Source: Octopus bimaculoides (taxonomy: Eukaryota). From it: DNA of 53,194 nt. Position numbers and translations under genes: made by a program. The stretch is taken from assembly GCF_001194135.2 (NCBI RefSeq), contig NC_068985.1, positions 25,902,175 through 25,955,368 of the forward strand. Direction: 5' to 3'. The notes beneath the pieces are model-generated. The model saw nothing but the letters and a program-made list of their open reading frames with translations. It was not told where the DNA came from and did not search any database. This document shows, piece after piece, positions 1 to 12,600 of the stretch (position 1 is its first letter; every line of letters starts with the position of its first letter).

Positions 1-249
1 CTGGCTTGTGCGGGTGGCACATAAAAGACACCATTTCGAACGTGGCCGTTTTCGTGCGGGTGACACGTAAAAGCACCCACTACACTCTCTGAGTGGTTGG
101 CGTTAGGAAGGGCATCCAGCTGTAGAAACTCTGCCAAATCAGACTGGAGCCTGGTGTTGCCATCCGGTTTCACCAGTCCTCAGTCAAATCGTCCAACCCA
201 TGCTAGCATGGAAAGCGGACGTTAAACGATGATGATGATGATGATGATG
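1..249 (+). mobile_element. 3' end of a young RTE-clade LINE with (GAT)n tail
   Basis: Same sequence as the 3' UTR attached to the RT fragment at 6563-7672; ends GGACGTTAAAC(GAT)n. Confidence 0.85.
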
Positions 250-498
250 AAAAACAATTTAAATTATCTAAAATGAAAGTTTTAAACTCTAGACATTAAA
301 TTTAATAGAAGTTAGACAAAAATTATGTAAAATTGCTTCTACAGACATTAAATTGCAGCCACAAAGATTTTCAGGTATTGATAGATCTAAAATTCCTGAA
401 AATATTTGCATGGCATAAATACAAAAGCATCTCTCAAACAAGCACATATATTTTATGTTTCAGCCGCATATAACAAAATTTAGTTTTGTATTTTACAG

Positions 499-661
499 GG
501 ATCTTTTGACAGTCCTTCCAATTCCTCTGAAATCTCCAAATACCAATTACTTCAAACTTCAGCAACTGTTGACTGGTTACCATATCTTAAATAAAGTGAA
601 GTTGCTGGGTGATATGGATCTTGAAAGTTTAGCTGCGAAACTGTTGCATAACGTTTCCCAG
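499..661 (+). CDS. PRKDC: DNA-PKcs exon ([13 protein letters not shown]...KLLHNVSQ)
   Basis: ttttacag|gg acceptor, cag|gtaggg donor; weak similarity to the human HEAT region near LHRAGLL. Confidence 0.75.
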
Positions 662-3600
662 GTAGGGATTGCAATGCTTCTTTTACTTATGAGTGCTGGC
701 ATGATTGCATGGTTAAGAAATTTACTTCATGAGTACAAGGTATCAAAGTTCCATCTGATGCATCTTGAGCCAGTGTCCAGTTCAGTAACCTTAGATTGAC
801 CAGTACTTCAAGAATTAGAATTTGCTTCAGGAAACTGTGCAAAATCCCAACATGCACACACACACACATACATAGAGTATACAAGGAGTTTTCATCAACA
901 GACATTAATAGGTATGTATTATGACTGCTCAGATTCGTTTTTACCACTAAAAGTGCAACTGAAAAGTGTGATGTCGAGACTGCCCATCAAAGACAGTTAC
1001 AAGTGGTTTCTCCTTGAGGAGATTGATATAGATTAAAATGAAAAATGAAAAAGCAAAACATTTGGCATCATTCGAAAACATATGTTTATATTCTTTCATC
1101 ATCATCATCATCACCTTTATCTAAATTAAATGTTTTTGGATCATGCCAAATGTTTTTGCTTCTTCAATTTTTAAATCTTAATCTCTCTCTATATATATAT
1201 GTGTGTGTGTGTATATCTATATATATATCTATATAGGTTAAGGAACCTCACCTCTTATATCTCACCTTTCTTCCTCCTTTAACGCTGATGTGATATAATT
1301 TCTTGGGAGAGAAATACTTTTGCGGCTGAAGATAGCTTTGTATTGTCAATTATACACTGATATAAAGCTTGAAACACATGTACCGCAGAATCTTTTGTGT
1401 TTTTGTTTTTATTTTTTGCATTTACAATTTATATATCTATATATATATCTATATAGGTTAAGGAACCTCACCTCTTATATCTCACCTTTCTTCCTCCTNN
1501 NNNNNNNNNNNNNNNNNNNNNNNNNNNNNNNNNNNNNNNNNNNNNNNNNNNNNNNNNNNNNNNNNNNNNNNNNNNNNNNNNNNNNNNNNNNNNNNNNNNN
1601 NNNNNNNNNNNNNNNNNNNNNNNNNNNNNNNNNNNNNNNNNNNNNNNNNNNNNNNNNNNNNNNNNNNNNNNNNNNNNNNNNNNNNNNNNNNNNNNNNNNN
1701 NNNNNNNNNNNNNNNNNNNNNNNNNNNNNNNNNNNNNNNNNNNNNNNNNNNNNNNNNNNNNNNNNNNNNNNNNNNNNNNNNNNNNNNNNNNNNNNNNNNN
1801 NNNNNNNNNNNNNNNNNNNNNNNNNNNNNNNNNNNNNNNNNNNNNNNNNNNNNNNNNNNNNNNNNNNNNNNNNNNNNNNNNNNNNNNNNNNNNNNNNNNN
1901 NNNNNNNNNNNNNNNNNNNNNNNNNNNNNNNNNNNNNNNNNNNNNNNNNNNNNNNNNNNNNNNNNNNNNNNNNNNNNNNNNNNNNNNNNNNNNNNNNNNN
2001 NNNNNNNNNNNNNNNNNNNNNNNNNNNNNNNNNNNNNNNNNNNNNNNNNNNNNNNNNNNNNNNNNNNNNNNNNNNNNNNNNNNNNNNNNNNNNNNNNNNN
2101 NNNNNNNNNNNNNNNNNNNNNNNNNNNNNNNNNNNNNNNNNNNNNNNNNNNNNNNNNNNNNNNNNNNNNNNNNNNNNNNNNNNNNNNNNNNNNNNNNNNN
2201 NNNNNNNNNNNNNNNNNNNNNNNNNNNNNNNNNNNNNNNNNNNNNNNNNNNNNNNNNNNNNNNNNNNNACCAAATTATTTGGGGTGAAAGATTTTTACTT
2301 TTTTTTTTATATTGGCTTTTTATTCTGAAATTATTTGTTCTCATTCAAATTTACTGAATTATTCGACAGTAAAATAAAAATGGCAAGAGAAAATTTATGA
2401 GATCCTTCATTAAAATGACTTGTATCGAAATTTTACATTAAGATATTTTTTCTATATTTATTTCTCGAATTTTTTTTTTGTCCAACCCATGCTAGCATGG
2501 AAAGCGGACGTTAAACGATGATGATGATGATGATTTCTTTGTTTCTCTGTTGCACAGATCAGAGAATTTATGGCAGTTGTGTTTACTGAAGAAGCCCATC
2601 AACAGGATACAAGTTGTGGAGAGATTTTATTGTGCATTTTCAAACAAGAAATGTCAGGTTACATCATTGAGCATGCAGCAGAATTAATTCCTATGATAAT
2701 GGCTAAATCTAGCAGCAATTCTCAACTTGTTGGTCATATACTGATATCAGTACTTGATATCTTGAAGCACAAAAGTTTGAAATGGAAACAGTAAGTTTCA
2801 CAGTAACTTCTAATTATACATCGTTAAGAAAAAGAATAGGAAAATATCAATTCAACCCTTTCCATCTAATCTAAACATTATATTAACTAATGCAATATAT
2901 CTAAGAAAATTCCTTTGGACAAAGACTCTAGGATGACTTAAAAAAATAATTTTATTAAAATATGTTTATCGCTTAAAAACCATCACAGTTTGATTTATCA
3001 TCTAATTCTTCAAACAGAATGTGTAACCACTTACCACTAGTGTACTAATTCAGTTAACAGTTACCATGGGATATATTTGCTTTGCATTTTGTATTTCATA
3101 AGTCTCAGGCAATGAAGTGTATACAACAGTTGCTTGATATCTCAGGGTTACTTCTTTCAGTATCTTCATTTTCACAGGTTTGTTGGTGTTGATGTGTTAA
3201 CTCACTTTATATTCAAGTATAATGCTACTTATCAGTTTTGACCCTGTCTTTATTGTTTTGAATTTTATGTATTGCAAATTCCTTGCAACATACATGAGTA
3301 GATATGGTAAGCTTTATTCTCTCTGTTGTTATCTCCTATATAATTGTTTAGATTTTTTTTCATTTGATGATATCATTTTGAATCTGAAGGATATCACACA
3401 GCTACAGCAATCATGTAGATTGCTGCTTACGTCAAAGAGGGTGTATGTAGTAACAAGGACTGTTACTCAGTCATTGCCATTTTGGTTAAGAAGTTTACAT
3501 TGCAATCCTGTGGTACTGAGTTAGCACAGCTCTTTCAGTATCTTTTATCACAAGCCTCCAGTTGGCTGAAACCATGTAAGTGAAACTGGTTGAAAGAAAC

Positions 3601-6600
3601 TCTACAGAAGCCTGTGGAATGTACTATACTCTTTGAAAGTGGTGTACTCTAACCTGTTGTCTGACTTAACAACACTACCTGGTTCTTGAGTACTTTTAGT
3701 GAAGTCCACTCTGCTGTATACATTCAGATCAAGTCTCAGTTATCTGAAGATAACTGCCTCCCTTCTTCCTATCAATTATGGGGACCCTGTAAGGAGTCAT
3801 GGCATTGCATTTCTTTTTCTGATTAAACCATGTAAAAAAAAAATTGAAAGTAAAAGTTTAGAATGTCTGATGCAAGTAACTGAGAAATTAGGATTGTTGT
3901 TTAAGTGAGATATCTATGTGTTCTGTCTAGGAGCGCTTCACAAGTTTGTGACATTATTTTTAAAAATTGGAGTATGATTGAAAATTGGTGGAGAGATGAT
4001 GCATCAGAAGATACACAGAGAATCACTTTTGATATCTTACTTGAAATCCTTCGTCTCGACTCAAAGGTAAGCTCACACAGTTGTCGTTTCAGAATCTGTT
4101 GAAGCTATGTTGGGTTTAAATCTTAAAAAGAAAAATCTAGTGTAGATAGGAGTGTGGGTTGTGAATAGAGAAACAAAAGCAACTTCTGCAGATTAAGACT
4201 TTTGAGAAAACCATTCATTTTGTACAAAATTAATATTGTGATAGCTGCTTGAACTATTTAATATTCTATTCCATGGCTGATTCACAAATACTTTCATTTT
4301 GATTTGTAGAAAATAAAATTTTGCTAAAATGAAATTGATTTTCAAGCCTGTTTTAACCTTTTAACATTCAAATTTCTCTGTCAAATATAATGCTTATTTA
4401 TTCACATTGATATGAATTAGTCATACATTGCCTTGTAGCTTTGAGATTTCAATGACATGATTGTCTATTTTCAGAATGATATTGAAGGGTAAGTGTGAGT
4501 CTGATCAATCTGAAGATAAAACAGATTTATTTTAGCTGGATATGACCAGTTTAAAATGCTAAAGGGTTAATGTGAGAAATAAGCACGTAACTGAAAAATA
4601 TGTTTCTCTTTTACTTACACAGTTATGTTAACAAGCCTGAACATACATATCAGTTCTGTGTATTCTGGGTTGGAACAGCAGAATATATTTACCTTACTTA
4701 GCTTCACCGTACAATATAACATCCTATTTGTCATTAACAGACAGGCAGGGTTTACTCTTTCTGTGTATAGATCAGACAAAATCTAACTGCAAAAGTATGG
4801 CCTGAGCTGCCTGCACTCTCAGTGTACCATTAGTGCTGCATCATTTGCATAAAGAAACTCCCAGAAGTCTCTCTTCAAAAATTTCCATAATTTTTTTTTT
4901 TAACTCTTTAGCATTTAAATCATCCATATCTGGCCCAAATATTCTACCTCTTTTAGTTTCGAAATAGCTAAATCCAGCTTCTCCTACACCTACTAGACAA
5001 TGTCATTCTGTCATTCTAAATATAAATAATAATATCATTGAAATCCTGGAGCTGTAGTAACTATAATGCATGATTAATTCAAAACAGTATAAATAAATAG
5101 GCATTGCTTTCTCAGAGTAACATGAATGTTAAAGGGTTAATATTAAATGACTTAAATGCATCTTTTTCAGGAGTATAATCTCCCTTTTAATTTTTTTCAG
5201 GTTCTTTCCAATAGTGAAAATCCTACTTGTGAGTTGCTGCACAAGTTCTTTTATATACTTTTGTTGAACAAAACTGTAGCATCTTCCTTCAAGGTAAGAA
5301 TCTAACATAAATGAAACATGCATTATTAAATAATCTTATTAATTATGTATATATCTATGTGTGTGTGTCTTTGTGCTTGTATTTGTCCCCCACCACTGCT
5401 TGACAACCAGTTTTGGTGTGATTACGTGCCCATAACTTGACGGTTCAGCAAAAAAACTGATAAAATAAGTACCAGGCTTTATAAAAAAGTAAGTCCTGGG
5501 ATGCTTTTTTCATCTAAAACCCATCAAGGCAGTGCCCCAACATAGCCGCAGTCATATGACTGTGGCTATGTTGGGGCACTCGGGTAAGTTCCACCCTCAT
5601 GAATATGTAAGCCAAACACATTTTTAGGTAGGGAATTCAATCAACTTTACATACAACCATACTCTTTTACGTGTTTCAGTCATTTGACTGCAGCCATGCT
5701 GGAACACCGCCTTTAGTCGAGCAAATCGGCCCCAGGACTTATTCTTTGTAAGCCTAGTACTTATTCTATTGGTCTCTTTTGTCGAACCGCTAAGTTACGG
5801 GGACGTAAACACACCAGCATCAGTTGTCAAGCGATGTTGGGGGGACAAACACACACACATATATATACATATACACATATACGACGGGCTTCTTTCAGTT
5901 TCCGTCTACCAAATCCACTCACAAGGCTTTGGTCGGCCCGAGGCTATAGTAGAAGACACTTGCCCAAAGTACCACGCAGTGGGACTGAACCCGGAACTAT
6001 GTGGTTGGGAAGCAAGCTACTTACCACACAGCCAATGTCCTTGTACCAATGTAGGAAATCATTTATTTAGCCAAGCTCCTCCTGGGTCAGTTATTACTTA
6101 TGTGTTCACTAGTTATGATTCTAGTTCTACAAAATTCCATGCATTAAATAATTTAGGTAATTGTTCAGTTTAGTAGTATAAAAAAGTAAATAAAAATTAA
6201 GCAGGAGATAAGTAGTAAAAGAAACAAAGGGACATTGGGTATTGGGTGGCAGAGAGAGAGAGTCTCAAGAAAGTGTCTTTTTGGTCGAAGTACCTGACCG
6301 CACAGAAGAAACTTTAACTGAGCTGATACAAAGGTGGATTTTACCTGGGTCTCACGTAGTCAGCAATGGATGGCAAGCATATATAATAACATCAGTATCC
6401 TCAATGGTGATGCCTACACGCATGAGGTGATTATACACCAGCAACATTTCGTTGATCCACATGATCAAGATGTCCACACACAAAATGTGGAAAATATGTG
6501 GATGCGGGTAAAACAGAAGTTGAGACAACAATTTGGGACATAGGACAAATTGTTTGTTTCATATCATCATCATCGTTTAACATCTGCCTTCCATGCTAGC

Positions 6601-9600
6601 ATGGGTTGGACAATTTGACTAAGGACTGGCGAACCAGATGGCTACACCAGGCTCCAATCTGATTTGGCAGAGTTTCTACAGCTGGATGCCCTTCCTAATG
6701 CCAACCACTCCGAGAGTGTAGTGGGTGCTTTTACGTGCCACCGGCACGAAGGCCAGTCAGACAGTACTGGCAATGGCCACGCTCAAAATGGTGTATTTTA
6801 CATGCCACCTGTACAGGAGCTAGTCCAGTGGCATTGGCAACGACCTCGCTTGAATGTTTTTTTCAAGTGCCAGTAAGGCGACGCTGGTAACGATCGCGCT
6901 CAAATGGTGCTATTTACGTGCCACCAGCACTGAAGCCAGACAGCTGCTCTGGCAATGATCACGTTTGGGCGGTGCTCTTAACGCTCCATTGGTACAGGTG
7001 CCAACACGATTTCGATTTCACTTGCCCCAACAGGTCTTCCCAAGCAGAGTTTAGTGTCCAATGAAGGAGACGTTGGCATGGGTGCCAGTCGTCGAATTTG
7101 GTTCGATTTCGATTTCACTTGCCTANNNNNNNNNNTTGGCATGGGTGCCAGTCGTCGAATTTGGTTCGATTTCGATTTCACTTGCCTAAACAGGTTTTTG
7201 CAAGCGGAGTTTAGTGTCCAATGAAGGAAAGGTACGCATAAGTGGGCCAACTACACCCCTGGCAGAGGCCTCGGATTATGGTCTCACTTGGCTTGCCGGG
7301 TCTTCTCACGCACAGCATATTTCCAAAGGTCTCGGTCACAAGTCATTGCCTTGGTGAGGCCTAATGTTCGAAGGTCGTACTTCACCACCTCATCCCAGGT
7401 CTTCCTGAGTCTACCTTTTCCACAGCTTCCCTCAACCGTTAGGGTGTGGCACTTTTTCACACAGCTATCCTCATCCATTCTCGCCACATGACCATACCAG
7501 CTCAATCGTCTCTCTTGCACACCACAACTGATGCTTCTTAGGTTCAACTTTTCTCTCAAGATACTTACACTTTGTCGAGTATGCACACTAACATTACACA
7601 TCCATCGGAGCATACTGGCATCATTCCTTGCGAGCTTACACATGTCCTCAGCAGCCACGGCCCATGCATGAGTTTCTCTGATGTAATTCCACTGAGAAAA
7701 GAAGACATTTGTTCACTTTCTGGCAGCAATCGCCAGTCTTAAAGACTGTATAAAAAGTAAACTGCTTCTTTTTCTACTTATCTCTCCTTAATTTTATTTA
7801 CTTTTATTATATAACTAAACTGAACAATTACCAATAATTTATATATGTATATATATATATATATATTTTTTTTTTTTACTAGGTCTCTCTCTTGGATCTG
7901 CTTCCTTTCCTGTCTGTTTCACCTGAGCCACACAACTCTCGACTAAGGTATAGTTCTCTTCTTTTATCATCAATACTAACCTCTCATTATCGTATGCTTT
8001 TCTTTGCTTGATTAAATGTTTTGTATTGCAAAAAAAGGTAACACATATAATATTCACTATGATAAGGACAGGAGAAACCATATAGTCTTTCCACTGGTGA
8101 TAGTGGTGGCAAAATGCAAGACACACAAAGAAACAATATTTTTTAGTGCTTCTTTTGACAGCAATAAACACATGCACTGGTTCTCTTTCACTTCATTTAT
8201 TTTTATTTAGTCATCTAAAGTGGCAAGTTGGCTGAATTGTTAGTACATCAGATACAATGCACAGCAGAATTTCTTTCAACACTTAATCTTCTGAGATCAA
8301 ATTCCACTGGGTTTAACTGCGTTTTTCAACATTTCAAAGTTGATAAAATAAGTATAATTTGAGCACTGGGGTTGATGTAATTTACTTAACCCCTCCTACT
8401 AAAATTGTTGACCATGTGCTAAGATTTAAAACCATTATTATTAGTCAACTAGTTTACCATTTCACCAATTAACTAATCAATTGTTTGATTAGCAGTTTTG
8501 ATCAGATGTAAACATTAGAAATCACAGTCTCAAAATTGATGGTTTCTATAACCTTTTATTCCTATAAATAATTAAATAATTTATATCTTTTATTTATTTA
8601 TCTATTTTTGATATATGTATAAAACATTCTACCTAATTTGAGTAGTAAAAAGCAACTATGAAGTTAATCATATTTGGTCTTTTTTTTTTTCTGTTTTGTT
8701 TTTGTTCAAATTTCTGATCCATTTTTATCATTCTCATATAATTCTTATTTTGATTTCTTATTCATAATTCTTTTGCTCACACCTGTAAATCATTTAAACA
8801 TTGGTAGAAGTCTAATACAGCTGTATCCATCGCAATTATTCTACCTGTTTATGTTCAAATTGGCCAGATCCAGCCTCTCATACCTACCTACTAAGTCATT
8901 CTGAAAATAAACAATCACATCATCAATATCTCAAAGCTATGGTTAATTCAAAATAATGTGAATGAATAAGCATTTCATTTTACAGAGTAAGTGAATGCTA
9001 AAGAGTTAAAATTTTTGCTTTTTAATGCTCATATAAAGTAAGTTAAGTTTGTTTCACTACCGCGTGGTTCCAGGTTCAGTCCCACTGCATGGTACCTTGG
9101 GCAAGTGTCTTCTACTATAGCTTTGGACTGACCAAAGTATTGCAAGTGGATTTGGTGGACAGAAACTGAAAGAAGCCTGTCTTATATATATCTATGTGTT
9201 TGTCTTTGTCCCCACTCACCACTCATCAACCAGTGTTGGCGTGTTTATGTCTCCATAACTTAATGTTACTTCAAAAGTGACTGATAGAATAAGTACCAAG
9301 CTTTGAAAAATATAAGTACTGGAGTTGATTCTCTAAACTAAAAATTCTTCAAGGTGGTGCTCCAGCATGACCACAGTCTAATTACTGAAACAAGTAAAAG
9401 GTAATTTCCAATATGTTAAAGAAATTATATTTTGGAGATTAAAGTTGTAAAACCTGTACAATACAATTCTATATTTCCTAATATTTAAATTTGATAGTAA
9501 AAATTTATAAAAATATATAGACATAAAAGTTATTTCTTAGTGCTTCTTGAACTTTATCATGACCCTCATTTTTCTAATACAATATCATTGTCATCTAGTC

Positions 9601-12600
9601 CCAAGGCATTCCAACTGTGACCATCCCATCTTGTTTTCAAGCATAGTGTACTCTTAACTACATTATCTAATATCTCCATTTATTTTTTAAATAGTAGGCT
9701 ATGGTTTGAGTGAGATTTGGCTGTTGTTTTTTAGCAAATTGAACGACTATATAGAGGCTACTTGTCTTTTTAAAGCAATCTGTTTTTTAGGTGGTTTCCC
9801 AGCATCACCCACTGCTCTGGCCGGAAGCAATAACGAAAAAATAGATATTTATATCCAATATAAACAACAAAGTAATTAAGTAATTAGTACAATCAACAAC
9901 TCAAATAATGGTTTTACCATACCACATATTACAATAGTAACTAAAGGAAACACATCATCAGAAGTTAGAACAAGTCTCTAATCAAACTTCTTAAATCAAT
10001 CAACTACATTAAACAGACACAAATACGAAACACAAGATATACATTTTCCACCAATACAATCACCTTAATGCCATATTTCCAACAAATACTATAAAAGCAA
10101 TAGTGATATGTATATAAAAATATGTTTATGTATTTCTTTTGCCAGATTCCTGATATCAAATCGTATGTTGAAATTGTTATATTTCAGGATTGTTTCTTTC
10201 TCCCTCCCCACAAATAAACACAAGCACTACATTCTTGTTCTTCGCTTCTGATTTATTCTTATTCTTACTTAAGTGTCCTTTATCTGAAATCTTTCATCAC
10301 ACATCTTGTGACCTCTTCAGTGACCCTTCATCCCATGTGTCTTCTCCTGTTCTGGAGAGTCACTGAAGAGGTTGAAGGATGTGTGACGAAAGATTTTAGA
10401 CAAAGGACATTAAAATGAGAACAATAATAAAGTTGAAGTGAAGAACAATTATACAGTACATGAGGCTATTTGGTGGGGGGGGGGGGGAAATGAGCAGCCC
10501 AGAATATAACAGAATATAAAAATAATATTATAAGAATTATAAAAAAAGTTATTTCAAGCAAATTTTATGAGCTAAATGTATGATTTTTGTTTTTCAGAAC
10601 CAATTTAGAGAAATTTTTAAAGGATAAATCTCGACCAGAAACTCTTCTCTATGATACCTATATCAGTTTGCTAGATAAGGTTTGTTATCACTCCTAATAC
10701 CTCTTAATATTACACTGGGCTTACAGCAGCAATCTAGTAGAATTGTAAACATGCTGGGCAAAAAACTTAGCAGCATTTTGTCCATCTTTATGTTCTGAGT
10801 TCAAATGCTGTCAGGGTCGACTTCGCCTGATGAAATTGACTTACATCCTCCCCCGAAATTGCTGGCCTTGTGCCAAAATTTGAAACCAATCACTATTATC
10901 CTATCATTATTAATCTGTTTTATTTACCGTCCACTTTTATCATCAGTGTTTGGGTGGTCTTCATTACAAAATTATTGAAAGCATTTTATTTTGTATTTGA
11001 GAAGTAAATTCCTGCTTTTGGAAATAGGAATCAGAACATTTAGGAATGTTACATGAGATGGGTTTCAGTATTATATGTTGTTGTTGGCACTCCGTCGAGG
11101 GTTCCAGTTGATCGGATCAACGGAACAGCCTGCTTGTGAAATTAACGTGCAAGTGGCTGAGCACTCCACAGACACGTGTACCCTTAACGTAGTTCTCAGG
11201 GATATTCAGCGTGACACAGTGTGACAAGGCTGACCCTTTGAATTACAAGCACAGCAAAAACAGGAAGAAAGAGTGAGAGAAAGTTGTGGTGGAAGAGTAC
11301 AGCAGGGTTTGCCACCATCCCCTGCTGGAGCCTCGTGGAGCTTTAGGTGTTTTCGCTCAATAAACACTCACAACGCCCGGTCTGGGAATCGAAACCGCGA
11401 TCCTATGACTGCGAGTCCACTGCCCTAACCACTGGGCCATTGCACCTCCACAGTATTATATATTCTAAAATCAAATATGATACATAAAAGTCTTCCTCAA
11501 GAGCAACATACAAATTTGTATTTAACTGTTTTAGGGGTTGTCACAGCTGAAACCTATTACCCAAAGGGTTTGATGGTTTACATCCCATCATTTGTTCTAT
11601 ACTGTGTTACCAGAAGAGTCAAATATTATCCTCTGACTTGGTTCAGTTATCTATAAATAACATCAAAATGAAACAGCTTTCAATTTTGAATCCAAATCCA
11701 CCCATTGGTTGAGTTTAGAGTGAATTGTATTCTACTAGGCTGACAACCCTTAGAAACATTACATGAGAATAGGGTTCAGTAATTCCCAACAGCTCAGTTA
11801 GTGAACATCCTAGACATCCTTAATTTCAGTTTTACCTTAAAATTATGAAAATGTTACAACTTTACAGAAGTTTGACTTCTAAACTTATCCACAAAGGAAA
11901 AAATAAAGCATTCACTTAGTAAACGATTTTTAACTCTTAAGCCCTGTACTACAAGTAATCACTAAGTTCTGAGTCACACAACCACAATTCAAACAGTGTT
12001 GTTGTTTGGGGCTGAAAAACAAAAATTCAAGAGTTTAGGAAAGTAGATTTACATGAAAAAAATATAGTTTATAAACACTTACAGCTGAAGGAATATTTTT
12101 TCATCTACAGTAATTTTATTTCATTTCTTTTGTTGAAATTTTCAATTTCTAACCTTGCAAAATTTGTGCTGAAGCGGTTGGTAGCTTGATATTATTATTT
12201 TCAGATTTTATTTGCATTGAAAAAAAGTAAAAGTAAAATGTTGCTTGAACTTGTAATTGAAATTTACTGTCAAGAAGAGAAACACTGCCATGAAAAAGAT
12301 ATTCATAACTGTTTAGAGACTTTCATCAAAAGGTAAATATAATCTGCATTTGTGACAATTTTGATGATCTTGTGTAATGATTTACTCAATCAACTAATTT
12401 AACATGACCACCTGGTCCATGCATGCCTTTGAGAGAATCCTTTGTCACTGTACTTCTCTCACACTTCATACATCTCCATATTTCCTGCTCTACCTTACAT
12501 GTTTATTGTATGGCTGCTCTCCTCCTTTCTTGTACTGCCACTTATTACCTCTTCTTTCCTGAGCCACAGTTATTCTTTCATCTCCCCCACCCCCCACCCC

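Noticed and set aside
662-799. Extension of the first exon to the ORF stop, or to an AAG|GTATCA donor at 739
   Set aside because: The added peptide shows no convincing DNA-PKcs similarity and CAG|GTAGGG at 661 is a reasonable donor. Not fully excluded without RNA data.
1320-2357. Long ORFs at 1320-2357, 1475-2344, 1482-2273 and 38392-39056
   Set aside because: They are open only because they run through N gaps.
5769-6173. ORFs recurring at 5769-6173, 28905-29391 and 43198-43494
   Set aside because: Chance frames within SINE copies.
6242-6543. Bacterial IS contamination or recent horizontal transfer
   Set aside because: The fragment is degraded, embedded among host SINE/LINE copies in an intron, and explained by the eukaryotic Merlin superfamily.
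7076-7187. Exact duplications on both sides of 10-N gaps (also 15875-15955)
   Set aside because: Typical unmerged contig overlap; most likely an assembly artefact.
6700-7230. CRISPR-like repeat/spacer pattern
   Set aside because: Irregular, degenerate internal repeats of a LINE 3' UTR in a eukaryotic intron; no cas genes.
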